A stretch of 64,000 nt of DNA from Bacilli bacterium (lineage in GTDB: Bacteria > Bacillota_I > Bacilli_A > RF39 > UBA660), in assembly GCA_050948865.1 (NCBI GenBank), contig JBMNEQ010000003.1, positions 70,831 to 134,830 of the forward strand. The letters are read 5' to 3'. Below are positions 16,708 through 25,065 of this stretch, one piece after another. The first letter of the stretch is position 1. Every line of letters begins with the position of its first letter. A model generated the notes under the pieces. The model was not told the DNA's origin, searched no databases, and saw only the letters and a list, made by a program, of their open reading frames with translations. The position numbers and the translations under genes are program-made.

Positions 16708-18084
16708 ATGAATGAACAAAAGAAATATGAAATTATTAAAAAGTTAGTAGAACAAGGAGGAAGCAAAAATCGGGTTGCATTATAACTATCTTTATCTAGA
16801 AGACAAATTGATCGTCTTTTAATTATTTATAAAAAAAGAGGTAAATCTGGTTTTATACATGGCAATCGAAATAAGAAACCCAGTATAGCACACGATAAAT
16901 CTCTTTCTGATGATATTGTACTACTTTATACTATTAAATATCAAGGTTTTAATTTTAATCATTTTAAAGAATATCTTGAAGAAGTTGAAAACATAAAGGT
17001 CTCTTATAATTTTATTTATAATACTTTAAATAAGGCAGGTATTTTATCGCCTAGGGCTCGTAAAAGAACTAGAAAGGAATATAGAAAACAACAATTGTTA
17101 AAAGAAAAATTACTGACTGGTAAAACTGAAGAAGAAGTAGAAGTTATTGTTAATAATGAGATAGCAATTGAGGATTCTCACCCAAGGCAAGAAAAACCAA
17201 AATACTTCGGAGAAATTATTGAACAAGACGGTTCAATACACCAATGGTTTGGGGATTTTAAAACATGTCTTCATCTAGCTGTAGATAAAGCAACAAACAC
17301 AGTTGTCGGCGGTTATTTTGACTATCAGGAAACTTTAAAGGGTTATTATCAAACCAAATATCAAATCCTAAAAGGTTATGGCATTCCTTATAGTTTTAAA
17401 ACAGATAATAGAACTGTATTCAATTATAACAAATTAAACCCTGATAAAAAAACATCTGAAAATGATATCCTTACCCAGTATGGTTATTCATGTAAACAAC
17501 TAGGTATTGATTTAAAAACAAGTAGTGTTCCTGAAGCAAAACCAATTATTGAACGTACTAACGGTACATTTCAAGGAAGACTAATTAATGAGTTAAAATT
17601 AAACGGAATACACACACTTGAAAAAGCTAATGAATATTTAATAAATGTTTTTATTCCTAAATATAATAAACGCTTTGCTATGGATTATAAGAAGTTTCCA
17701 AGTGCATTTGAAAAATCACCTAGTGAAGAAAAAATAAATTATACTTTAGCAGTTTTATCAACAAGAATAATAGATAGAGGTAATTCCATTAAATATAAAA
17801 ACAAGTATTATTTACCTTATTTTAATAATGAGTTAAAATGCTTCAGGCCTAAAACTAAAGCATTAGTTATTGAAGCATTTAATGGTGATTTAGTGGTGAG
17901 TATAGACGAAAAAATTTATGAGTTAAGAGAACTGTCCAGAAATAAAAGGTTTTCAAAAGAACTTGATCTACCTCAGGAAGAAATAAAAAAGGAAAAATAT
18001 GTGCCCCCTATGAGTCATCCTTGGAAAAGAGCTTCTTTTGAGAAACAAATGAAAAAATCTCATAAAGAAAAGGTTTATGCATAA
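16708..18084 (+). pseudogene. ISNCY-type DDE transposase with a premature in-frame TAA at codon 26
   Basis: MNEQKKYEIIKKLVEQGGSKNRVAL*LSLSRRQIDRLL...; the stop is at 16783-16785. The frame then runs open to 18084. The ORF-track start at 17095 is an internal TTG. Confidence 0.7.
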
Positions 18085-18106
18085 ACGAGTTTTATGCCGA
18101 GATAAT

Positions 18107-18208
18107 CCATCAATTTAGGAGATAATATCCGTAATGTTTCAGGCAATCAAATTAAAAATTTGATTGCCATCTAACTAAAGGATATTATCTAGATTCCTGA
18201 ATTGATGG
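18107..18208 (+). other. long imperfect hairpin inside the IS right end
   Basis: Central 12-bp stem GGCAATCAAATT/AATTTGATTGCC (18142-18169), an 11-bp stem AGATAATATCC/GGATATTATCT (18120-18130 with 18180-18190), and an outer stem CCATCAATTTAGG/CCTGAATTGATGG. Confidence 0.5.
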
Positions 18209-18277
18209 AGGAATTGGAATAAATTTTCCAAACTATTTTTTTTATCTAATGTGAGACATTTTCAAAAGTTATTGACA

Positions 18278-18304
18278 CTTCCTTTTTTACATAGGTAGCG
18301 GTTA
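18278..18304. repeat. 27-bp target-site duplication, right copy
   Basis: Identical to 16574-16600. Confidence 0.85.
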
Positions 18305-18389
18305 CGATTATAGGACCAAAGTAATCACCTGTTCCTACTTCGTCAGTTCCTATGCTGTTAGTATTATAGAAAAATGTTTTTGTTTTCAT
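18278..18389 (-). pseudogene. RNase HIII-type ribonuclease H, 5' fragment
   Basis: ATG at 18389 preceded by AAAGGTG. Reads MKTKTFFYNTNSIGTDEVGTGDYFGPIIVTATYVKKE, containing the RNase HII/HIII DE-G-GD-GP catalytic motif. Confidence 0.7.
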
Positions 18390-18477
18390 ATTGTCACCTT
18401 TATTTATTGTAGCATACGTGATTTAATAAAAAATAAATTCATGATAAAATGTAAGTAACAATAAGGAAGGTGGTTAT

Positions 18478-18834
18478 ATGAAGGATATTACTATATTAAA
18501 AGATAATGGTGTTGATGTTGATCGGGGAATAGAATTATTTGGGGATCTAGATACTTATAATGAAATGTTGGAAGATTTTATTCAAGAAGTAGAAAAAAAG
18601 ATGGGGAGGATTAATTCTTTTAAAGAAGAGAAGGATTTAGAAAATTATTCAATTTTGGTTCATTCTTTAAAGGGTGATGCAAAGTATTTTGGTTTTACTA
18701 AATTAGGGGAACTTGCTTATCAGCACGAATTAGAAAGTAAAAGTGGTAATCTTGATTTTGTTCAAGAGAATTATTTAAAATTAGAGGAAGAATTTAAGAG
18801 AATAATGGATATATTAAAAAGATATTTGGAATAG
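18478..18834 (+). CDS. stand-alone Hpt (histidine phosphotransfer) domain protein
   Basis: 118-aa helical protein with the HSLKGDAKYFG phosphorylatable-His motif. Confidence 0.75.
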   Translation: MKDITILKDNGVDVDRGIELFGDLDTYNEMLEDFIQEVEKKMGRINSFKEEKDLENYSILVHSLKGDAKYFGFTKLGELAYQHELESKSGNLDFVQENYLKLEEEFKRIMDILKRYLE

Positions 18835-18840
18835 GGGGTT

Positions 18841-19743
18841 ATGATGACTTTAGTTTGTATTAAGGATTTAACCAAGAAGTTTGGTAAGTTTACTGCTTTA
18901 GATAAGATTAATTTAAATATAAATAAAGGAGAAATTTATGGTTTTATTGGTCCTAATGGAGCGGGTAAAACTACTACGATTCGTCTTTTATTAGGCTTAT
19001 TAAAGAAAACGAGTGGTGAAGTTCATCTTTTTAATAAAGATGCTTTTAAAGAAGCGGTTGCTATCCATAAGAGGGTTTCTTATGTTCCTGGGGATATTAA
19101 TTTATGGCCTAATTTAACGGGAGGGGAAGTTATTGATTTATTTTTAAATTTACATGGAAGTTATAATCTAAAAAAGAAAGAAGAATTAATTAAGGAATTT
19201 AAAATAGATCTTCATAAAAAATGTCAGACTTATTCTAAGGGTAATAAACAGAAGGTAGTTTTAATCGCGGCTCTTTTAATAGAAGCTGATTTATATATTT
19301 TTGATGAACCAACTGCTGGTTTAGATCCTTTAATGGAAAAAGTTTTTCAAAAACATCTTTTAAAATTAAAGAAAGAAGGAAAAAGCATCTTTTTATCTAG
19401 TCATCTTTTAACAGAAGTAGAAAAGGTTTGTGATAAAGTTAGTATTATTAAAGAAGGTAAAATAATTGAAACTGGTTCTTTAAAAGATTTAAAACATTTA
19501 ACTAGATTGAAGATGTTAATAGAAACTAAAAAAAAGATTCCAACATTAAACAAAGTGATGGGGATTTATGATGTAAAAGAAGAAGAAAGAAGATATTCTT
19601 TTCAAGTTGATAAAGAATATCTTAGTCAAGTAATTCAATATATTTCTTCTTATGAAGTAATTCATTTAGAAAGTTCTCTTCCGACATTAGAAGATTTATT
19701 TATGAGTTATTATGATGAAGATGGAGTATGGAAAAATGTTTAA
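18841..19743 (+). CDS. ABC transporter ATP-binding protein
   Basis: Walker A GPNGAGKTT, signature YSKGNKQ, Walker B LYIFDEP. Confidence 0.85.
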   Translation: MMTLVCIKDLTKKFGKFTALDKINLNINKGEIYGFIGPNGAGKTTTIRLLLGLLKKTSGEVHLFNKDAFKEAVAIHKRVSYVPGDINLWPNLTGGEVIDLFLNLHGSYNLKKKEELIKEFKIDLHKKCQTYSKGNKQKVVLIAALLIEADLYIFDEPTAGLDPLMEKVFQKHLLKLKKEGKSIFLSSHLLTEVEKVCDKVSIIKEGKIIETGSLKDLKHLTRLKMLIETKKKIPTLNKVMGIYDVKEEERRYSFQVDKEYLSQVIQYISSYEVIHLESSLPTLEDLFMSYYDEDGVWKNV

Positions 19744-21325
19744 TAATACTAAAAAACTTTTTAGGTTTCTTTTAAGAAGAAGTTATCTTAATTTATTTTG
19801 GTGGTTAGGGGGTATTTTTGGTTTAACTTTTATTATTACTAAAACCTTTTCTGGTTTTTATACTACTCCAGAAGAATTATTAGGGATTATTGAAACTATG
19901 AAGAATCCAGCGATGACTTTTATGGTGGGTCCTGGTTATGGTTTAAATAATTATACTATAGGAGCGATGATTGCTCATCAAATGCTCTTGTTTACTGCAG
20001 TAAGTGTTTCTATTATGAGTATTTTAATTGTTATTCGTTATACTAAAACTGATGAAGAAGAAGGATTAATAGAAATGATAAAATCATTACCAGTTGGAAG
20101 AGTATCTAATTTAATTGCTGTTATTTTGGTAATGCTTTTATTTAATTTATTTTTAGTTTTGATTATTGGTTTTGGTTTACCTTTACTTAAGATTGAAAGT
20201 GTTAATCTTTCTGGATCTTTATTATATGGGGCTATTTTAGGCTCTGTTGGCCTCTTTTTTGTTAGTCTAACTTGTTTACTTGTTCAACTAATAAATGACT
20301 CTAAAAAGGTAATGATGGTTTCTTTTTCTTTACTAGGTCTTTTTTATTTAATAAGAGGTTTTGGAGATCTTGGTTTAGAAACTCTTTCTTTATTTTCTCC
20401 TCTTGGTTTAATTTTAAGAACAGAAGTTTATGTAAATAATTATTGGGAACCTCTTTTAATTTTATTAATTATTTCTTTAACTTTAATTATAATATCTTTA
20501 TATTTAAATTCTATTCTTGATTTAAATGCTGGTTTTATTTCTTTAGAATTTAAATATAAAGAAACTTCTTTAAAGAATTTATTTAGTTTAATAATTAAAT
20601 TAGAAAAGATAATGATTATTTCTTGGTTAATAGGAATCTTTCTTTTAAGTGTTTCTTATGGTGCTGTTTTTGGGGATATTGAAACCTTTTTTCAAAGTAA
20701 TGAAATTTATCAAAAACTTTTACCAATGATTAAGGGCGCTTCCTTTGAAGAACAGTTTTTAGTGATAATTAATGCTGTTTTAGCTATGATTGGGACTATT
20801 CCTTTATTAATAATGATCTTTAAAATAAATAGTGAAGAGAAAAAAGGTTATTTAGAACATCTATTATCTAAACCACTTTCTCGTTGTAGAGTTTTAATAA
20901 ATTATTTAATAATAACTATTATTTTTAGTTTATTAATTTTATTAATGTCTAGTTGGGGTTTATATCTTCCTCTTTCTTTAATAATGATTAAATCATTTTC
21001 TTTTTTTACAATATTTTTATCTTTCTTAGTTTATTTACCAGCTCTTTTTTTAATGATTGGTTTATCTATCTTTTTTCTTGGTTCTTTTCCTCATAAAAAG
21101 ATTTTTATGTGGTTATATTTAGGCTTCTCTTTTATAGTAATTTATTTTAAAGAATTATTAAAAATACCTAAATGGGTTTTAAAGTTATCTCCTTTTGGGC
21201 ATATTTCTTTATATCCTTTAGAAGAAATAAATCTTTTTAAAAGCGCTTTATTATTAATAATTGGATTAATTTTTATTATGATTGGTCTTTTTAATTATCA
21301 TAAACGTGATATAAATTTAGTTTAA
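19712..21325 (+). CDS. ABC-2-type exporter permease (start may be ATG 19736)
   Basis: Polytopic membrane protein of about 12 TM directly following and overlapping the ATPase gene. Confidence 0.65.
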   Translation: MMKMEYGKMFNNTKKLFRFLLRRSYLNLFWWLGGIFGLTFIITKTFSGFYTTPEELLGIIETMKNPAMTFMVGPGYGLNNYTIGAMIAHQMLLFTAVSVSIMSILIVIRYTKTDEEEGLIEMIKSLPVGRVSNLIAVILVMLLFNLFLVLIIGFGLPLLKIESVNLSGSLLYGAILGSVGLFFVSLTCLLVQLINDSKKVMMVSFSLLGLFYLIRGFGDLGLETLSLFSPLGLILRTEVYVNNYWEPLLILLIISLTLIIISLYLNSILDLNAGFISLEFKYKETSLKNLFSLIIKLEKIMIISWLIGIFLLSVSYGAVFGDIETFFQSNEIYQKLLPMIKGASFEEQFLVIINAVLAMIGTIPLLIMIFKINSEEKKGYLEHLLSKPLSRCRVLINYLIITIIFSLLILLMSSWGLYLPLSLIMIKSFSFFTIFLSFLVYLPALFLMIGLSIFFLGSFPHKKIFMWLYLGFSFIVIYFKELLKIPKWVLKLSPFGHISLYPLEEINLFKSALLLIIGLIFIMIGLFNYHKRDINLV

Positions 21326-21392
21326 ATAAAAAAGTATTAATTTTTATGATAAAATTATATTATGAAGTATTTAAAAGAAAGAGGTTTATTAA

Positions 21393-22271
21393 GTGCGATG
21401 GAATATTATTTTAATAATATCTTTTTTAATGGTTAGTGGTTGTTCTAAAGAAGTAGAGATTAAAGCTCTTTCTAATGAGATTGATGAATCTAAAAACCAA
21501 TTAACTGTTAAAATTGAAACTTCTCATATTAAAGAAAAACCTAGTGTTTTAGGAGAAGTAATAGGAACTGTTCATAATGGGGATGTTTTTACAATTTATG
21601 ATTTATTTGTTGATCAGTATTATGTTTGGTATAAAATAAAAAGTTCTAATGGTATTAAAGGATATCTTGCTAATCAATTAAATGGAAAATGGGTAGAGAT
21701 AACTTATAAAGATAATTATCAACCATCAGAAAAACTTTTAATTGAACTTTTAGGAGATAAAAGAACTATTTTAAAATTAGGTGAAGACTATATAGAAGAA
21801 GGTTATCAAGTTAATAGTAAATTAAAAGATAGTTATTTAGTTAATATTGCTGGAGAAGTTAATTCTTTAAAACCAGGTATTTCTTTAATTGATTATACAG
21901 TTACTAATTTAGAAGGAATTCAAACTAAAAATACTAGAGAAGTTATTGTTTATTTAGAAGAAGAAGAAAAAATACAAATAGATGATTATGAAATAACTAT
22001 TTTAAAAATAGAACAAACTAAAGAATTATTAACTATTAGATTAGAAATTAATAACTTTTCTGATCTTCCTTTAAGAAGTAAAGGAGAAATGAAAATTTAT
22101 ACTGAAGATGAATATTTACCATTATCTTTGGTAGAAGAAGAAGAAGAAATTATAATTATGAATGAGACTAGTGAAATAGTTGAATTTAATTATTATTTAG
22201 AAGAACCAATTACTTATTTATATTATTTTTTTCCTTTTAAGGAAAAAGTTCTTCCTATTAAAGTAAAATAA
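21393..22271 (+). CDS. lipoprotein with a bacterial SH3-like domain
   Basis: Lipobox LMVSGC. VWYKIKSSNGIKGYLANQ is an SH3b-like motif. Confidence 0.5.
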   Translation: MRWNIILIISFLMVSGCSKEVEIKALSNEIDESKNQLTVKIETSHIKEKPSVLGEVIGTVHNGDVFTIYDLFVDQYYVWYKIKSSNGIKGYLANQLNGKWVEITYKDNYQPSEKLLIELLGDKRTILKLGEDYIEEGYQVNSKLKDSYLVNIAGEVNSLKPGISLIDYTVTNLEGIQTKNTREVIVYLEEEEKIQIDDYEITILKIEQTKELLTIRLEINNFSDLPLRSKGEMKIYTEDEYLPLSLVEEEEEIIIMNETSEIVEFNYYLEEPITYLYYFFPFKEKVLPIKVK

Positions 22272-22414
22272 GTATTAAATTAAGGAAAGGAATAGATTTT
22301 TTTAATATTTTATGATATTATTTATATGCCTTTAAATTTTTAAAGGATATTTTTATTATTAATGTTTTTCAATATTATTCATAAAATAATATTGTAAGAA
22401 AGGGGCTAAATTAG

Positions 22415-22918
22415 ATGAAAGTTGATTTAAATAATAAAGAATATAAAAAAATAGTTGGTTATATTTTTAAGAATAAAAGATTTATGGAGATCTCTAACTA
22501 TCATCATCATGGAACTGATCGTTTAACCCATTCAATTAGGGTTTCTTATTTTTCTTATAAGTTAGCGAAGTCTTTAAAACTTGATTATAAAAGTGCTGCT
22601 ATAGGTGGTTTACTTCATGATTTCTTTCATGAAATAAAAGAAGAAACAACGCTAGATTGTATTAAAGCTCAATATAATCATCCTAAAAAAGCGGCTGAAA
22701 ATGCTCTTTATTATTTTAAAGTTTCTCCTAAAATAGTTAATATTATTGAAACCCATATGTTTCCTTTAACTTATAAACCATCTAAATATTTAGAAGGATG
22801 GATAGTTAGTTTTATTGATAAAATGGTTGGCACTTATGAATATGGTTTAAAATTTAAATATCAATTTTCTTTATGGGCTGTGTTTTTATCTAATTTATTA
22901 ATGATTAAAATAAAGTAA
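22415..22918 (+). CDS. HD-domain phosphohydrolase
   Basis: HHHGTDRLTHS...LLHDFFH motifs (the H...HD...D pattern). Confidence 0.65.
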   Translation: MKVDLNNKEYKKIVGYIFKNKRFMEISNYHHHGTDRLTHSIRVSYFSYKLAKSLKLDYKSAAIGGLLHDFFHEIKEETTLDCIKAQYNHPKKAAENALYYFKVSPKIVNIIETHMFPLTYKPSKYLEGWIVSFIDKMVGTYEYGLKFKYQFSLWAVFLSNLLMIKIK

Positions 22919-22922
22919 AGAT

Positions 22923-22999
22923 GTCCACGTAGCTCAGCAGGATAGAGCAATCCCCTCCTAAGGGATAGGTCGGAGGTTCGATTCCCCTCGTGGACGCCA
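22923..22999 (+). tRNA. tRNA-Arg (anticodon CCT)
   Basis: Manual cloverleaf: acceptor GTCCACG/CGTGGAC, anticodon arm ATCCC-CTCCTAA-GGGAT, T loop TTCGATT, encoded CCA. One A-C mismatch in the T stem. Confidence 0.8.
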
Positions 23000-23076
23000 T
23001 TATGTTTGACAGTAAAAACGAGTAAAGTTATGGGAGGAAGTCTTTACTTGTTTTTAATTTGTTCTATAGTGAAAAG

Positions 23077-23150
23077 GCCGATATAGTTTAATGGTAAAAT
23101 AGATGCATGGTAAGCATCAGATGACAGTTCGATTCTGTCTTTCGGCACCA
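23077..23150 (+). tRNA. tRNA-Thr (anticodon GGT)
   Basis: Manual cloverleaf: acceptor GCCGATA/TTTCGGC (one U-U pair), anticodon arm GATGC-ATGGTAA-GCATC, T arm GACAG-TTCGATT-CTGTC, encoded CCA. Confidence 0.7.
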
Positions 23151-23279
23151 TAAGTAAATAATCTCTTATAATATAAGGGGTTTTTATTTATGATAAGATT
23201 TTTATTAAAATAACTAAAAGAATATTAAAGATGGATTATTATTTTAAATAATGATAGAATTAATTAATAAAGGAAGATT

Positions 23280-23501
23280 ATGAAAAGATTATTAATAAAT
23301 ATTATTAAAATTTATCAAATAATACCTGGACCTTGGCATAATTATTGTTATCATATTCCTTCTTGTTCTAATTATATGATAGAGGCAATAGAGATTCATG
23401 GTGTTATTAGAGGTAGTTATTTAGGTTTTAAAAGAATATTAAGGTGTAATCCCTGGGGAACTTCTGGTTATGATCCAGTTCCAAGAAGGAGGATGAAATG
23501 A
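23280..23501 (+). CDS. yidD: membrane protein insertion efficiency factor YidD
   Basis: IKIYQ...C...PSCS.Y..EAI..HG...G..LG.KRILRC.PW family pattern. Confidence 0.8.
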   Translation: MKRLLINIIKIYQIIPGPWHNYCYHIPSCSNYMIEAIEIHGVIRGSYLGFKRILRCNPWGTSGYDPVPRRRMK

Positions 23502-24370
23502 AAAGAATTAGTTTAATATTAATTGTTTTATCTTTAATTATTAGTTTATCAGGTTGTTTTAAAAAGGATTTAATGGAGGGGATAAAAGTTTATACAACTA
23601 TTTATCCAATAGAATATATTACTAAATATTTATATGAAGAACATGCTTTAATATATACTATTTATCCTAATGATGTTGATGTTTTTAATTATCAATTAAC
23701 GGATAAACAATTAACTGATTTTAGTTTAGGAGATTTATTTATATATAATGGTCTTAGTAAAGAAAGAGATTATGCAATAGAAATGTTAAATAAAAATCGT
23801 AATTTAAAAATTATTGATGCAGCGATGAATATGGAATATAGTTATGGGATAGAAGAAGTTTGGATTGATCCATCTAACTTTTTAATGCTTGCGCAAAATA
23901 TTAAAACAGGATTTGAGCAATATATAGTTAATCCTTATTTAAAAAATGAGATTAATAATAATTATGAGGGTTTAAAAATTAAATTATCAGAATTAGATGC
24001 TGAATTAAATTTAGTTTCTAAAAATGCTAAAGATAAATATTTAGTTGTTTCTGATAATATTTGGTTGTTTTTAGAAAAGTATGATTTTAATATTATATCT
24101 TTAGAAGAAGAAGACTTAACACCTAGAAAGATAGCGGATGTTAAAAAACTAGCTGAAACTAAACAGATTAGTTATATTTTTACTAAAGGAGAAAAGAATT
24201 TAAATAAAACGATTACTGATCTTGTTAAGGAATATGAATTAACGATTGAACCATTAAGAACAGCTACTAATTTAACTGAAGAGGATCGTTTAGAACGAAG
24301 GGATTTTGTTGATTTAATGAAAGAAAATATTGATTTAATTAAGAAAGAATTATATGAGAATAGACAATAA
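23498..24370 (+). CDS. metal (Zn/Mn-type) ABC transporter substrate-binding lipoprotein, ZnuA/TroA-like
   Basis: Lipobox LSGC. The [14 protein letters not shown] start and overall length are typical of cluster-9 binding proteins. No cognate permease gene is adjacent. Confidence 0.5.
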   Translation: MKRISLILIVLSLIISLSGCFKKDLMEGIKVYTTIYPIEYITKYLYEEHALIYTIYPNDVDVFNYQLTDKQLTDFSLGDLFIYNGLSKERDYAIEMLNKNRNLKIIDAAMNMEYSYGIEEVWIDPSNFLMLAQNIKTGFEQYIVNPYLKNEINNNYEGLKIKLSELDAELNLVSKNAKDKYLVVSDNIWLFLEKYDFNIISLEEEDLTPRKIADVKKLAETKQISYIFTKGEKNLNKTITDLVKEYELTIEPLRTATNLTEEDRLERRDFVDLMKENIDLIKKELYENRQ

Positions 24371-24391
24371 TTTTAAAAAGGGGATAAAAGG

Positions 24392-25054
24392 ATGGAAATT
24401 TTAAGAAAGTTTAATATTAAACCAAGAAATAAAAAGATTTATGAACAAGCTTTTCTTCATTCATCTTATTGTAATGAAAAAGGTTTAAAAGATGATTATG
24501 AACGGTTGGAATTTTTAGGGGATGCTGTTTTAGATTTAATAATTAGTGAATATTTATATAAGAGTTATTCTTTAAAAGAGGGGCAAATGACTAAATTAAG
24601 AGCTAATTATGTTTGTGAAAATGCTCTATATGAATATGCTCTTGATTTAAATTTTCATCAATATATTAAAGTTGGTAAAGGAGAAGAATCTAGTGGGGGG
24701 AAATATCGTAAAGCAATTTTAGCGGATACTTTTGAAGCTTTTTTAGGGGCTTTATATATTGATCAAGGTTTAAATAAAGTTCGGAGTTTTATTAATAAAG
24801 TGGTTATTCCCAAAATTGAATCTAAAGAAATAAATTATTTTGTTGATTATAAATCATTACTACAAGAAGTGGTGCAAACTAATCAAAAGGCTCTGGTTTA
24901 TAAAATTTTAAAACAAGAAGGACCTTCTCATAATAAAAGGTTTACGATGGCTGTTTTTATTGATAATATAAAATATGGTGTTGGTCAGGCTAGTTCTAAA
25001 AAAGAAGCAGAACAATTAGCGGCCCGTGATGCTCTTAATAAAAGAGTTCAGTAA
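24392..25054 (+). CDS. rnc: ribonuclease III
   Basis: RNase III signature ERLEFLGDAVLD and a C-terminal dsRBD (GPSHNKRF...GQASSKKEAEQLAA). Confidence 0.9.
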   Translation: MEILRKFNIKPRNKKIYEQAFLHSSYCNEKGLKDDYERLEFLGDAVLDLIISEYLYKSYSLKEGQMTKLRANYVCENALYEYALDLNFHQYIKVGKGEESSGGKYRKAILADTFEAFLGALYIDQGLNKVRSFINKVVIPKIESKEINYFVDYKSLLQEVVQTNQKALVYKILKQEGPSHNKRFTMAVFIDNIKYGVGQASSKKEAEQLAARDALNKRVQ

Positions 25055-25065
25055 AGGATGATAGT

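Larger units (their letters stand above)
16601..18277 (+). mobile_element. IS element, ISNCY family (IS1202-group-like), about 1.68 kb
   Basis: Flanked by a 27-bp direct repeat. Imperfect terminal inverted repeats AGTGATTAACTTATGATAATGTCT and, as the reverse complement of the right end, TGTCAATAACTTTTGAAAATGTCT. Carries one rve/DDE-type transposase frame. Removing the IS plus one direct-repeat copy restores an intact 225-codon rnh ORF. Confidence 0.75.

Noticed and set aside
22369-22393. Perfect 10-bp inverted repeat CAATATTATT-cataa-AATAATATTG upstream of the HD-domain gene, and CCTTTAAA/TTTAAAGG at 22329-22346
   Set aside because: These are almost pure A/T palindromes in a very AT-rich intergenic region, so chance occurrence is plausible. 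No associated regulator gene is present.
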